Positions 13,889-28,910 of a stretch of 64,000 bases of DNA are shown one piece after another. The number at the start of each line of letters is the position of its first letter. Positions within the stretch are counted from its first letter, which is position 1. Where the stretch lies: contig CAXHJY010001528.1 in the NCBI GenBank assembly GCA_964016885.1, positions 62,001 to 126,000 of the forward strand. The letters run 5' to 3'. Under the pieces are notes generated by a model. The model did not search any database and was not told the origin of the DNA. It was given only the letters and a program-made list of their open reading frames with translations. A program made the translations under genes and the position numbers. This stretch comes from Eledone cirrhosa. Its lineage: Eukaryota.

Positions 13889-14688
13889 GTAAGCATTGCT
13901 AAAATGCAGTTCTTTATAATTTGCTTTAGAAAACTGATGCCAAGAAGAATATGTTGTTGTTGTTTTTGTTTTTGTTTGTTTGTTCAACTGTCATTCTTGA
14001 TTATTAACATATTGTTTTCTTTTTATTTATGTTCAACATTAATATCTGATGTGATAAAATTACTTTTCTTCTAAAGTGTTGTATTCTTCAATGTCAATTT
14101 TCTTTTGGGAGACATGGCCAAGAATTTTCGCACCTTTTTTTTTTGCGTGAAAATGTGAAGAAGAAATAATGTGAAGAAGAAATAAAATTTGTCTTTAAAC
14201 AAATGACAAAACTTATTAATTATTTATTTGTCTAAACCATCCACGGGTAGGCTTCTCACAACCCTTCGAAACTATCTGTACGAGTAATTCAATAAAATTT
14301 ACTCACACCTTGTTGTTAAAAAACCCTTTCGAAATATTATTCCAATCGTAGCGGGAGACACAGTTGGTGCCATCTTGAAGAAAAGGAAATCATGGTTGGA
14401 GAAGGTTAGGATGGACATTTGATTAGAACTATTTACAGAAAACTACACTATTAGGAACCGCAAGAATCGTTTAGAACGTGCTCGAAAATTGAGCTGATGA
14501 AAGAATTCCAAAGGATCCTTGGTCGTTGGTTATGACTCACTCTTGGGGTTGTAAAAACGACACAAGTTTGGCCGGTGATACGGACAGTAATGAAAAAAAA
14601 TACAATGATTAAAACGATGTTGTTGTTTTTTTACGTTTAATGAAGTTTATTCTGGTTTAATTCAAAATAGAATTTGATTTTTTTCTAG

Positions 14689-14861
14689 AACATAAACATA
14701 ATTGGATACTAGTGTTTGAATCAAAGGCTTATAATGGTAGAAGTCCTTATAAACTATACAACTCACCTTTAAGCGGAGTGTGGAAGGCACCCAATAATTA
14801 TTCTCTTGGTGTGTTTAAAAGTTCTTTGATTGAAAATTGGGCATCGCTTCATGTGGAAAAG
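14689..14861 (+). CDS. Gene 2 coding exon 2
   Basis: ttttctAG acceptor and AAG|GTATTT donor, phase 1 to 0. Encodes EHKHNWILVFESKAYNGRSPY...FKSSLIENWASLHVEK. Confidence 0.85.
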
Positions 14862-15422
14862 GTATTTCATTCACTTCTAATTATTATGCGCACATATCTA
14901 TCTATCTAAACTGGCCGAGTTTACACTCGCAAATAAGAAGAACCAAGGCCGCCCCTAGGAGCATTGGATTTGGTGTACTTCATATTTGTTTCGGTTGCGG
15001 AATACAATCAGGGATCGCTGCTTCTTGAAGGTCAATAGTCCCTCGAGCGGGAGCGCCTTTCCATTGTCAATTTGCATTGATCATCTGCAAAGCCGTATTG
15101 TTCTCAGAACCACTACAACAGTCTTTTGATGCGTGCAGCTGGAACTACTGCCACCCATTGATTTGGCAGGATCGCAACTCATTTCTACAGCCGAGTAAAC
15201 TGGAGCAACGTGAAATAAAGTGTCTTGCTCAAGGATACAACTCATCACCCAGTCCGAGAATCGAACTCACAACCTTTAGATTTCAAGCCCAATGCTCTAA
15301 CCATTAAACCATGCGCCTTCACTATACCTACAGGTTATTTCTTTTATCGATTTGTTTCTGTCAAACCGCTAAGTTACAAGACATAAACAAACACAGACAT
15401 GGGCGTACACACACACACACAC

Positions 15423-15506
<84 letters not shown>

Positions 15507-15894
15507 TTTTTGACATTTTTACATGCCTAGATATTAGTGTACACATTTATATATGTTTACGGTCTCACGGCTACAAATGCTCTATTTATACAGGTATAAC
15601 TTTATCATACACTTTGGCTGTTAGCACACTTTATATATATGTGTGTGTGTGTGTGTGTGTGGCTTCGACAAAGTTACTGTCAACCAACTCACAATTACTC
15701 AAGGCATTGGTTTTGTGATTTCGCAAGAAATTATATAAAGCCGTTGATTGGTTGGCTAAATTGGTCAGGGTGTCTGCAGTGTCTTTTATTAGAAATGTGC
15801 TAACGGACGGGTTAAAACAGTTTTATTTTGCCAAGCTGATACATAACAGACAATAAAGGAATACGTAATGAGATATTTTCAATCATGTTTCCAG

Positions 15895-16058
15895 GTTAAG
15901 TTCATTCTTGAACAGGATGGTCAAACAGCAGTGAGCATGGTATTTGATGGGAAACATAGCAACAAAATGAACTGGTTTAGCCAGGAACGACTGATAGAAG
16001 CAATGCCTTGGACTGACATTAAGACAAAGAAACCCAACATGTTCAGTATAATCGGAGA
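15895..16058 (+). CDS. Gene 2 coding exon 3
   Basis: tttccAG acceptor and GA|GTAAGT donor, phase 0 to 2. Encodes [54 protein letters not shown]. Confidence 0.88.
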
Positions 16059-16339
16059 GTAAGTATATACACACATACATACACACAAACACACATACAC
16101 ACACATATGCACACACGCATTCACATTCATAGACATACATCCATACACAAATACACACACACATACACACACACAGATTATATATATATATATATATGTG
16201 TGTGTATATGCATATACATACACATATACATATATATATATATACATGTATATACATATATGCATAGATATACATATTATATATATACATATATATACAT
16301 ACATATATATATATATATACATACATATATATATGTGTG

Positions 16340-16414
<75 letters not shown>

Positions 16415-16926
16415 AGATAAGCAGAACAAGCAAAATTCAAACAATTTTTTAAAATAAATTAAAAAATATAATTTAAATATTTACCTATTCCAATTGCTTT
16501 TACCGATCGGTTTCACTTCACAAAAGATTGGAGATCCATAGGAACTTCCAATGGAAAAGTTTAGATCATCAGAAGGCATTTTCCTTTCCTAGGACTAAAA
16601 GTCCCAGGAACGGCAAAATATATTGCCATCTGCCAGCTAGCACAGGATCGAATGGGGCCGAAAATTTGACCTGTACATGAACCAGTCCGTAGTATAAGCG
16701 GAAGTAAACATAGACGTGTTGTCTATCTCACCACTAAAAATAGCAGCTAAATAGAACAACAGATTCCAGGGGTACTTAGTACCTGTGGGCATATTAACTT
16801 CTTTTAATATTCTCCGTTATGTAGAGAACAAATCTGTTTTTGTTTTTTACACGCAGAAATGCCCATTTGTACCGTCCTGTATTGTCCTGCACTGTCCTTA
16901 ATGTCTACTTGTGGTTAATAAAGAAA

Positions 16927-17027
<101 letters not shown>

Positions 17028-17123
17028 ATTATTATTAAAGAAGATGCTTTTTCGACAACCTGTTGGCTGAAAAACAAAACCCGTCAAAGAAATCCTTCTT
17101 CGATACTTTTTTTTCTTTTTCAG

Positions 17124-17296
17124 AGATACCGTTTATAAAAGAAGGTTTTACATCAACGAGAATTACGACCACTGTAAACACGATAGAGGCTGGCTTCTAA
17201 TTCGAGATGATAGAAAAGGCATGGCTTGCAAATTTGATGCCAGAAAATTTCCAATTTTCATATTTTCTCCTGGGAAAGCAGCGACTTATCTTAAAT
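17124..17296 (+). CDS. Gene 2 coding exon 4 (not in the ORF track)
   Basis: Poly-T tract plus cAG acceptor, donor GTGTGT, phase 2 to 1. Encodes DTVYKRRFYINENYDHCKHDRGWLLIRDDRKGMACKFDARKFPIFIFSPGKAATYLK. Confidence 0.85.
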
Positions 17297-17554
17297 GTGT
17301 GTTTATATTGTTTTGTTTTGTTTTATCGATTCAACACACACGCACACACTAGCATTCCGTTGAAGTAACTGATGTTCTTTGGAAAAGAAATAAACATCAC
17401 AAACTGACATTTAAAAATCCACCACAGGAATGTCTGTTCGCTGAAGTATTTCGCTTCGTGGTTACATGGTTTCAGTAACAATCCCACTTCAACAGAAGCT
17501 TAATGTTTCAGATGTAGTGAAAGTTTGTCAAAAGAACTGCTCCTGTTTTTGGTG

Positions 17555-17955
17555 GTTGACTTAATCCTTTGCCCTATTTAACACAACTACCACCTGGCAC
17601 TTAGATGTCTTTCGTAGGGTTAACTTCATTGCAAATATGCGAAACAAATCTACAGTTGACTTAATCCATTGTTCTGTTTAATATAACTACCACCTGGCTA
17701 TGGGATGTCTTTAGTAGGGTTAACTTTGTTTCAAATATGCGAATCAAATCTCCAGTTGACTTGATCCGTTATTCTGTTTAACACAATTACCACTTGACTC
17801 TTGAATGTCTTTAAGGAGTCAACTTTATTGCAAACACTCAGAGGAGGTCTTCGGTTTATTTAATCCGTTGCCCTGTTTAATATAAACACAACTTGGCTCT
17901 CGAATATCTTTAGCAGAGTCCATCCTATTGCAAATATTTGAATAAGGTCTCCAAT
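17555..17955. repeat. 100-bp tandem repeat, 4 diverged copies, in gene 2 intron 4
   Basis: gttgactt.atcc at 17555, 17655 and 17755, with a degenerate copy near 17854. Confidence 0.8.
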
Positions 17956-18677
17956 CCGTGAATAGCTTCTTCCTTATCGCCATCAATATCACAACGATAT
18001 ACTGTATAGGTATATATGAAGGTTTATACGATACGTTTATATATAATTAACATACATAAGCCTTGATAGGAATGTTTTAAACTGTGATTATGTCACAACT
18101 ATCCCAGTAGCCGTGTGAGAATGCCAGACACGTGTTGTTGTTTTTAATTTGTATCCTTCATCGGTGACGTTTATTCACTCGGCACTGAAATAAGAATAAA
18201 CTATAGTTTGAATAAGATATATATATTTTTTTTTTTTGTGGCGGGCATATGGAACATCTGCCGGTGATAGTCATTTATATACAGTGGGGGTGGCCGGATA
18301 GAATTAATTATTAGTGGCACTAACATCGCGTGATTCATAATATAGGTATATATGAAGACATATACGATATGTTTAAGTGTAATAAACATACCTAAGTCTC
18401 ACTATCAATGACTTAAGCTGTGATCATGTCACATTTGATGATATATGAAGGTTGGCTGAAAAGTTCATAGGCTGATTATGAAGGAGTGATGTTAGAGCTG
18501 GGAAATCTTGCATGCATTAATTTCAACTATTTTTATTAATAACTGCATTGTTTGTTTTTTTTAACTTCATGTGGTCATTCCTTGAGAATATCTTGGTCAG
18601 CCTATTGACTTTTCAGTCAACCCTTGCATGCCTGTTAAATTTCTCATAGATATATTTTTTCTTCTTTTCTTTCGCAG

Positions 18678-18724
18678 ACTTTGAGTTCGCCGACAAAATG
18701 CTTATCTCCATCAAAGTACGTTAA
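18678..18724 (+). CDS. Gene 2 terminal coding exon 5
   Basis: ttttctttcgcAG acceptor, phase 1. Encodes YFEFADKMLISIKVR then TAA at 18722-18724. Total CDS is 328+173+164+173+47 = 885 nt (294 aa plus stop). Confidence 0.82.
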
Positions 18725-18762
18725 AAGCGAAAAACAGGAACAGAAAACAAATTTTAAAAATC

Positions 18763-18768
18763 AATAAA
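18763..18768 (+). terminator. Candidate polyadenylation signal of gene 2
   Basis: AATAAA about 40 nt after the stop codon. Further AATAAA copies lie near 18894 and 18920. Confidence 0.4.
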
Positions 18769-18771
18769 CCG

Positions 18772-18823
<52 letters not shown>

Positions 18824-18992
18824 CGTTGATGTTGATGATGATGATGATGACGGTGATTATGATGACGATCATGATGATGATGGTGATGATTTCAATAAAC
18901 CAACAGTATCATAAATTATAATAAACTAGATGAGGGCAACGTCTTCTCCCTCTTTCTGTCACACACACATTCTCTCTCTCTCTCACTCTCTC

Positions 18993-19057
<65 letters not shown>

Positions 19058-19058
19058 C

Positions 19059-19175
<117 letters not shown>

Positions 19176-19204
19176 AACAAATGACGTTCCTTTTCTCTCT
19201 CTAT

Positions 19205-19313
19205 GTATGTATATCTCTTTCGCTTGGTGCTACACCTCAATATATATAGACGAGGGTGACGTCATAACTTTCTGTCTGTCTATCTCTTTCTGTCACCTGG
19301 AAAACACACGGTA

Positions 19314-19356
<43 letters not shown>

Positions 19357-19449
19357 GTACATATCTCTCGCTTGGCACTTCGTCTCTACATATAAAGTGA
19401 GCGTGACGGACGGACGGACGGATAGACAACGCTCTTATTATAATATAGA
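19205..19449 (-). mobile_element. Helitron/Helentron-like non-autonomous 5' end
   Basis: Minus strand begins TCTATATTATAATAAGAGCGTTGTC followed by a (TCCG)n microsatellite, a layout typical of HINE/DINE-like elements. Confidence 0.45.
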
Positions 19450-19708
19450 CTAGAAGGAAACTACTTATTTGATATACATAGATTAATGTCATAGTGATAA
19501 TATGTCTGAGGTGTTCAGAACTTGATTATAGCCATTAATTGAATAAATGAAAATATGTCCACCCTATTTCATGTATTGAGTATTTTTTTCATTAAATCTT
19601 GATTCTCTTCACTTCAAACGAGTACATGGACAATATGCACACGCGCGGGCGCGCAAATACAGACACACACACAGACACACACACACACACACATACTCAT
19701 ATGTATCA

Positions 19709-19739
<31 letters not shown>

Positions 19740-19742
<3 letters not shown>

Positions 19743-20007
19743 GTGAGGTTTTTTTACAAAATGAAAAATAACCGAGGTGTCCTACACGAGTGAAAATATA
19801 AAGAAAAAAAGATGAAATTGAAAATGCAACTGGAGTCTTATTTTTTTTTAAATATATATATTTATTTGGTTCTTTTACCACAGACCCTCCATCTCAACTC
19901 TACTTTTGAAAAGCAGAAGAACTGCGAAACCGGTAAAGGAACCAAATAAATATATATATTTTTTTTAAAATAAGACTCCAGTTGCATTTTCGATTTCATC
20001 TTTTTTT

Positions 20008-20010
<3 letters not shown>
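19740..20010 (-). mobile_element. Fold-back insert with degenerate hammerhead in the loop/arm, in (TA)n
   Basis: Inverted arms of ~80 bp (19799-19879 and 19932-20012). Plus strand 19906-19935 reads TTGAAAA-GCAG-AAGAA-CTGC-GAAAC-CG-GTA. Confidence 0.5.
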
Positions 20011-20089
<79 letters not shown>

Positions 20090-20150
20090 TATATATATAA
20101 TATGCATATATATGTATATATAAATATACACACACACGCACGCATACACA

Positions 20151-20207
<57 letters not shown>

Positions 20208-20963
20208 TATTATATGTAAAAAAGCAGTCGTGTTTGTTTCTGAATAATATTTCTAATTTATCTTCATGTCAATGGTTTGTATCAATGCTCATGAAATAAC
20301 TTGTAGGTGGTGCCCCAGCATGGTCATAATCTAATTGGTGAAGTCAATAAGAGTAACCGTCGAAACAATTATTTTATCTGTTATACAATAAGAGATCATG
20401 GGGAGATAACTACCAAATGCATTTAGAGTTATTTTCCCTGAATTCAATTAGTTGTATTTTTTATTCGGTGTTGATTGCCAGCCGAATTAATTATAAATAT
20501 AAAAATAATATACAGCGAAATAATATACAGCGAAATAATATACAGCGAAATAATATAAAGCGAAAACCGACCCAAACCGACCCAAACCAAACAGTGAGTG
20601 TGTTTTACTCTATTTTTCTGGCAAAATTATAATAACATGACCCTCCCAAATTATAACAATATGTATTTTATTCACTTGCGTTCATATGACATGTTATGTG
20701 ATATATGGTCCTGTGTTGTGACTAAATAACATTGTGTTAGAATCATGTGCCCATTAAAACAAAGATTGTGTAATAACTGTTTATTTTACACGGAATGCTA
20801 TCGCCAATTTGTCGGCGGGGCGCAGCCGAAACACTGCTCTGGACCTATGTGTAGAATCTGCTACCCTCGCCCCTTACCCTTTCGTTCTTCCTTTGTCTAG
20901 TAGTACCTATATATACGAGCACACACACACACACAAAACACACACACATATATATATATATAT

Positions 20964-21170
20964 AACAAAGAAAGTGTGTAAGGAACCAGGTGGACCATAA
21001 CGCCCCAGAGTACTCGATACTTATGGTAGTAGAGTAGGTAATAGGAAAGGAGTCAGGACCCCGACAGGGCTGAGCTCCGGCCGTTTCGAAAGCTAGATCC
21101 GAACGCGGAGTTCGAATCTAGCTGTCGAAGCGGCCGGATCTCAGCCGTCGTGGTCCTGACGCTTTTCCTA
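20964..21170 (-). mobile_element. Fold-back insert, family A, diverged copy
   Basis: Homologous tail (gtaaggaacc...ggaccataacgc...) with imperfect inverted arms, in TA/CA repeats. Confidence 0.65.
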
Positions 21171-21202
21171 TATATACACACACACACAGACATATATATA
21201 TG

Positions 21203-21262
<60 letters not shown>

Positions 21263-21710
21263 TATGTGTGGTGTGTTTATAATATATACACACACACACA
21301 AGTACTAACGTGGCTCTCTCTGACCTACACACTATAGATACTGGTATGCCCCAAGGCCTACTTACACATTCCCCATTCTGTCCATTAACGACACACGCTC
21401 TTTGTGTGTCTGTATTGGACAACCGTCTGTCCCCTGTTCCCAAGATAAGTGCTTCAATTATTTGAGCAATGGAATAGCCTGCTCATGAATTAACACACAA
21501 ATGGCTGAGCATTCTGCAGACACGTCCAGACTTAACGTAGTTCTCGTGGAGATTCAATACGACACAGTGTGTGACAGAGTTGATAGAACCTTTGAAATAC
21601 ACGTACAATTCATTCCCCACGCCCCACCAGCTGAATGGACTGGGTTAACGTGAAATAAAGTGTCTTGTTCAAGGACGCCTTGTCTGGGAATCGAACATAT
21701 GACTTAAAGT

Positions 21711-23122
21711 AGGATCGAACTGGAACCAAGTGGTTGAAAAGTGAACCTCTTGACCACACAGCCATATCTACATCCATGTTGTCGTTGTGTGTGTGTGTGT
21801 GTGTATGTGTGTGTGTGTGTTTTCCTACATTGCTCTAGCTGGTACCTCGAACACATCGTCTCGTAGTCAGTAAACCCAACACCTTAACCACACAGCTATA
21901 CCTGTATCAAGGTTATAGCTGTGTGTGTGTGTTTTATGAGGTGAGAATGGAGTGTTATTCCCACCTTACTCTAAGCTGGTATCTCGAACACATCGTCTCA
22001 CAATTAGTAAACCCAACACCTTAACCATACAGCCATACTTGTTTCTATGTTGTCCTTGTGTATTTGTTTTTGTTGGAGTAAGGTGTAATTTCTACATTGT
22101 TCTATAGCTGGTACCTCGAACACATTATCTCACAGTTAGAAAAGCTAACCTCTAAACCACACAACTATACTAGTATTTATGTTGTCTTTATGTTGTTGTT
22201 GTTGTTGTTGTTGTTTTGTGTGTTGGGGGGGGGGGGGGGGTTAAGCCTACATTACTCTTGGCTGGTACCTTGAACTTGAACACAATGTCTCACAGTTAGT
22301 TAAACCTAACACTTTAACACACAGCCATACCTGTATCCATATTATAGTTGTGTGTTTTTTTATGGGGTGAGGAGGAGGTGGTATTCCTACATTACTCTAA
22401 GCTGGTACCTCGAACACATCGTCTCACAGTTAGTAAATCCAACCTCTTTAACCACACAGCCATACCTATGTCTATGTGTATCTTTGTGTTGTTGCTTTTG
22501 TAGAGTGACAGGGAGAGGGTATTCCTATATTAGCCTAAGCTGGTACCTCGAACACATCGTCTCACAGTAGTAAATCCAACCTCTTTAACCACACAGCCAT
22601 ACCTGTGTCTATGTGTATCTTTGTGTTGTTGCTTTTGTAGAGTGACAGGGGAGAGGGTATTCCTATATTAGTCTAAGCTGTACCTCGAACACAATGTATC
22701 ACAGTTAGTAAACCCAACACTTAACCACACAGCCATACCTGTATCTATGGTGTCTTTGTGTTGTTGTTTCTGTAGGGTGGGGGTGGGGTAGGGTATTCCT
22801 ATATTACTCTAAGCTGGTACCTCGAACACAATGTCTCACAGTTAGTGAACCCAACACTTTAACCTCACAGCCATACCTGTAATCTATGTGTCGTTGCGTT
22901 GTTGTTTTTGTAGGCTGAGGGTGAGGTAGGGTATTCCTACATTACTCTAAGCTGGTACGTCGAACACAATGTCTCACAGTTAGTGAACCCAACACTTTAA
23001 ACCACACAGCCATACCTGTATCTATGGTGTCTTTGTGTTGTTGTTTTTGTAGGGTGAGTGTGGGGGTAGGGTATTCCTATATTAGTCTTAGCTAGTACCT
23101 CGAACACAATGTCTCACAGTTA
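21711..23122 (-). repeat. Tandem array of ~138-bp units (about 10 copies) derived from a SINE head
   Basis: gctggtacctcgaacaca recurs near 21838, 21975, 22107, 22261, 22401, 22538, 22677, 22813, 22951 and 23091. Confidence 0.85.
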
Positions 23123-23389
23123 GAAAAAAGGCGTCTAATGTTCTCAGGTTTTATTTTGGCTTTCCTGCAAAATCTGCTTAGTTTGGGGATTTCTTGCTCC
23201 TGAATTACAGTGGGGTTAATCTTCAAGGTGAGATCTTATAAACCCAACCCCACACCATCACCACCACACCACCACCGCTACCCCGACCCTACCAGGATTT
23301 TAGTCTAATGTATTCCTTCCATAGCCTAGATATTTCATTTCAAGTTCCCATCTACAACCTCCTCGCTGAACTGATCTATTTGTTTTATT

Positions 23390-23427
23390 TAGTAGTAGTA
23401 GTAGTAGTGGTAGTAGTAGTAGTAGTG

Positions 23428-23475
<48 letters not shown>

Positions 23476-23812
23476 GTAGTAGTAGTAGTAGTAGTTGTTG
23501 TTGTTGTTGTTCTTGTTGTTCTTGTTTTTGATGCTTCTGATGCTGCTGCTGTTGTTATTGTTGTTGCTGCTGTTGTTGTTGCTGTTGTGGTTGTGGTTGC
23601 TGCTGTTGCTATTGCTGCTGTTGCTGCTGTCGTTGTTGTTGTTGCTGCTGTTGCTGTGGCTGCTGTTGTTGTTATTGATGATGTTGCTGCTGTCGTTATC
23701 GTTGTTGTTGCTGCTGTTGCTGCTTGTCGTTGTTGTTGCTGGTGTTGCTGTGGCTTGCTACTGTTGTTATTGGTGATGTTGCTGCTGTCGTTGTCGTTGT
23801 TGTTGCTGCTGC

Positions 23813-23845
<33 letters not shown>

Positions 23846-24049
23846 TGTTGTTGCTGTTGTTGTTGTTGTTGCTGTTGTTGTTGTTGTTGTTGTCATCGTT
23901 GTCGTTGTTCTTGCTGTTGTTGCTGTTATTGTTGTTGTTGTTGTTCTTGTTGTTCTTTCTGTTTTTTGTTGTTGTCGTCGTTGTTGTTGTTGTTGTAAGG
24001 TAGGATTTCCGAACGTTGTCAGAAGAAGAAGAAGAAGAAGAAGAAGAAG

Positions 24050-24080
<31 letters not shown>

Positions 24081-24135
24081 GATGAAGAAGAAGAAGAAGA
24101 AGAAGAAGAAGAAGAAGAAGAAGAAGAAGAAGAAG

Positions 24136-24179
<44 letters not shown>

Positions 24180-24231
24180 GATGAAGAAGAAGAAGAAGAA
24201 GAAGAAGAAGAAGAAGAAGAAGAAGAAGAAG

Positions 24232-24272
<41 letters not shown>
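23390..24272. repeat. Compound trinucleotide microsatellite (GTA/GTT/GCT, then GAA/CAA blocks)
   Basis: Direct reading. Comparable tracts at 9447-9920, 29200-29640, 34625-34965, 36610-37010 and 43410-44062. Confidence 0.95.
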
Positions 24273-24505
24273 GACGAGATCAATGACAGTGTTATATGCT
24301 AACTCTACTCAAGTTCATTAGCTATCCCAACAAGGTTATAGCTTTTCCTGTTTAGAAACTTCAACCAGACACTTTCTGAACTCCTTTCTCTGCTGCAGAT
24401 GTTTGCTTAAGTCTTTACAATCCGGGCCTCCTCCTATGTTGTCAATACAGTTATATTGGCCCAGCCAGACCTCCTAGCTAACGTGGGAAATATACACCTA
24501 TACTA

Positions 24506-24556
<51 letters not shown>

Positions 24557-24666
24557 TATATCTATACACTCACAATATACCCTTTTACTCTTTTACCTGT
24601 TCCAATCGACTGACTGAGGCCTAGCTGGAGCAGTTAAGCAATATATATATATATATATATATATAT

Positions 24667-24869
24667 AGGAACAAATAAGACCCCGACGGCTGAGCTCAAG
24701 CCGTTTCGACGGCTAATTCTGTACTCAATTACAGTACAGAATTAGCCGTCGAAACGGCTTGAGCTCAGCCGTCGGGGTCTTATTTGTTCCTATTACCCAC
24801 TCTACTACCCTAAGTATTGAGTACTTTGGTGCGTTATGGTCCACCTGGTTCCTTACCACATTTCCTTCG

Positions 24870-24871
<2 letters not shown>
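24667..24871 (+). mobile_element. Fold-back insert, family A
   Basis: Near-perfect arms gaccccgacggctgagctcaagccgtttcgacggctaattctgtac plus tail, with TA flanks. Confidence 0.7.
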
Positions 24872-24927
<56 letters not shown>

Positions 24928-24980
24928 TAGGTGTATATTTCCCACGTTAGCTAGGTCTATATATATCTATATATATATAT

Positions 24981-25460
<480 letters not shown>

Positions 25461-26135
25461 AATAAGATAGATTGAAGGGGCGGGCTGGATGGAATTGGAA
25501 AAAGTGTCTTTCGATAAAAAATAAAAGGTCATCTCTTGGCAAACTATATTAATAAGTTGATGGCATCTCAATGCCATGAGGCGCGTCATACACTCTAAGA
25601 TACTCCACCATCTTGCCAATCACTGTCTTGCTCAATGCTAACTCGGGTTAAACAGATGCAGAGTATATCTCTACGGAATTCGGCAGAGTGAGGTGGCTGA
25701 AATTGAACAAAATCATCAGGGCAATCTACAATAGATCAATATGATCAGCGACTTAACGATCATCAAATCATCCAATAACGACATCAACATTTTTTTATAT
25801 ATCCCACAAATTAATTATGGTCATCAACAAAAATTAATACAGCTAACATTAAACAATTGATAATCAGGTCATTCGGTAAAAAGACCAAAGATATATATAT
25901 GTGTGTGTATGTATATATATATACATACACACACAACCCAACCAGGAACTGGGCATATCAGAGTATTGACAAAGTTATACACCTCAACAACATGTGTACT
26001 CGTCTCTACCACAATAATTCGGACTACCTGAAGAGGTCACAGCCAAAGATGGCGGTCACCGAAATATATATAGCAGTAATAAACGAAGCCAAATTTTAAA
26101 CATTTGACTTATTTATTTTCTTTTATTTTATATAC

Positions 26136-26191
<56 letters not shown>

Positions 26192-26279
26192 AGGAGGTTA
26201 TAGTTCACTTGAAGCATTGTGTAATAAGGTATAAACGTTTGAATATGTGTAATAAGGCCAAGACAATGCAGGTATACAC

Positions 26280-26365
<86 letters not shown>

Positions 26366-26524
26366 ATATATATGTGTATATATATATATTTATTAAAATA
26401 ACAGATTTGCTCTACCGTTAATACATATTTGCTCTACGGTTCTTATATATTTGATATATATTTATCCTTATCGAGCCCTCTTTGGATTTTAGTCTTCAAA
26501 TTTATTATTATTACTATATATATA

Positions 26525-26559
<35 letters not shown>

Positions 26560-26568
26560 GTATATATA

Positions 26569-26890
26569 TATCACATAAGAAACGGAGAATCAGTGGTGCG
26601 ACGAATAAGATTTGTTAGACATATTACAATCGTTTCTCTGGCAACCAGCTTGATTCGTAGAATCGAAACATATCCGAGGATCTTGCGATTTCAGAGTCAG
26701 GTTTGATCACTGCATCGATCGTGCCTCGAATTGGTCGCCAGAGAAACGATTGTAATATGTCTAATAAATCTTATTTGTCGCACCACTGATTCTCCGTTTC
26801 TTATGTGATATTATACTCTGCTCTGTAAGAGCATCGAGTGCTCCAAACGGCCTACCGCATACGGACGCTTTAAGCATCCCACACCAATTA
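26569..26890 (+). mobile_element. Fold-back insert, family B
   Basis: Inverted arms of ~75 bp with a longer spacer and the same tail as 3811-3885. TA flanks. Confidence 0.65.
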
Positions 26891-26909
26891 TGTATATATA
26901 TATATATAT

Positions 26910-27021
<112 letters not shown>

Positions 27022-27339
27022 GTATGTATATATATCAACAGATTGTTAGAGGTATACAGCCCTGATGTAGGGTAATGACCCACAAACATGTTGACTGTTC
27101 CCCAATGCCAGTGTTGAACAAACGGATGACGATTTGTCATCGGCACGGCACAGGTCCGGACGCCATGCTTTGCAGCATAGAGTTACGGCCCTTTATATTC
27201 TGAGTTAAAATCCCGCCGAGGTTAACTTTGCCTTTCATCCTTACGGGGTCGATAAAATAAAGTACCAGTAATGTACTGGGATAATTGCTGGCCTTGTGCC
27301 AAAAGTAGAAACAATTATTATTATTCGATATAACCCATA

Positions 27340-28910
<1,571 letters not shown>

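Noticed and set aside
13561-13902. 113-aa ORF as a complete single-exon gene (likewise 5562-5816)
   Set aside because: Each has a strong donor just before the stop and phase-compatible downstream exons, so they are first coding exons.
21711-23122. CRISPR array or tRNA gene cluster
   Set aside because: Inter-repeat segments are homologous rather than unique, and no cloverleaf could be built. Best explained as SINE-head tandem repeats.
25520-26100. Unique-looking sequence as a possible third gene (also 55988-56236 and 14930-15130)
   Set aside because: No sustained frame with splice signals or a recognisable motif. Likely decayed transposon sequence, but this cannot be resolved by eye.
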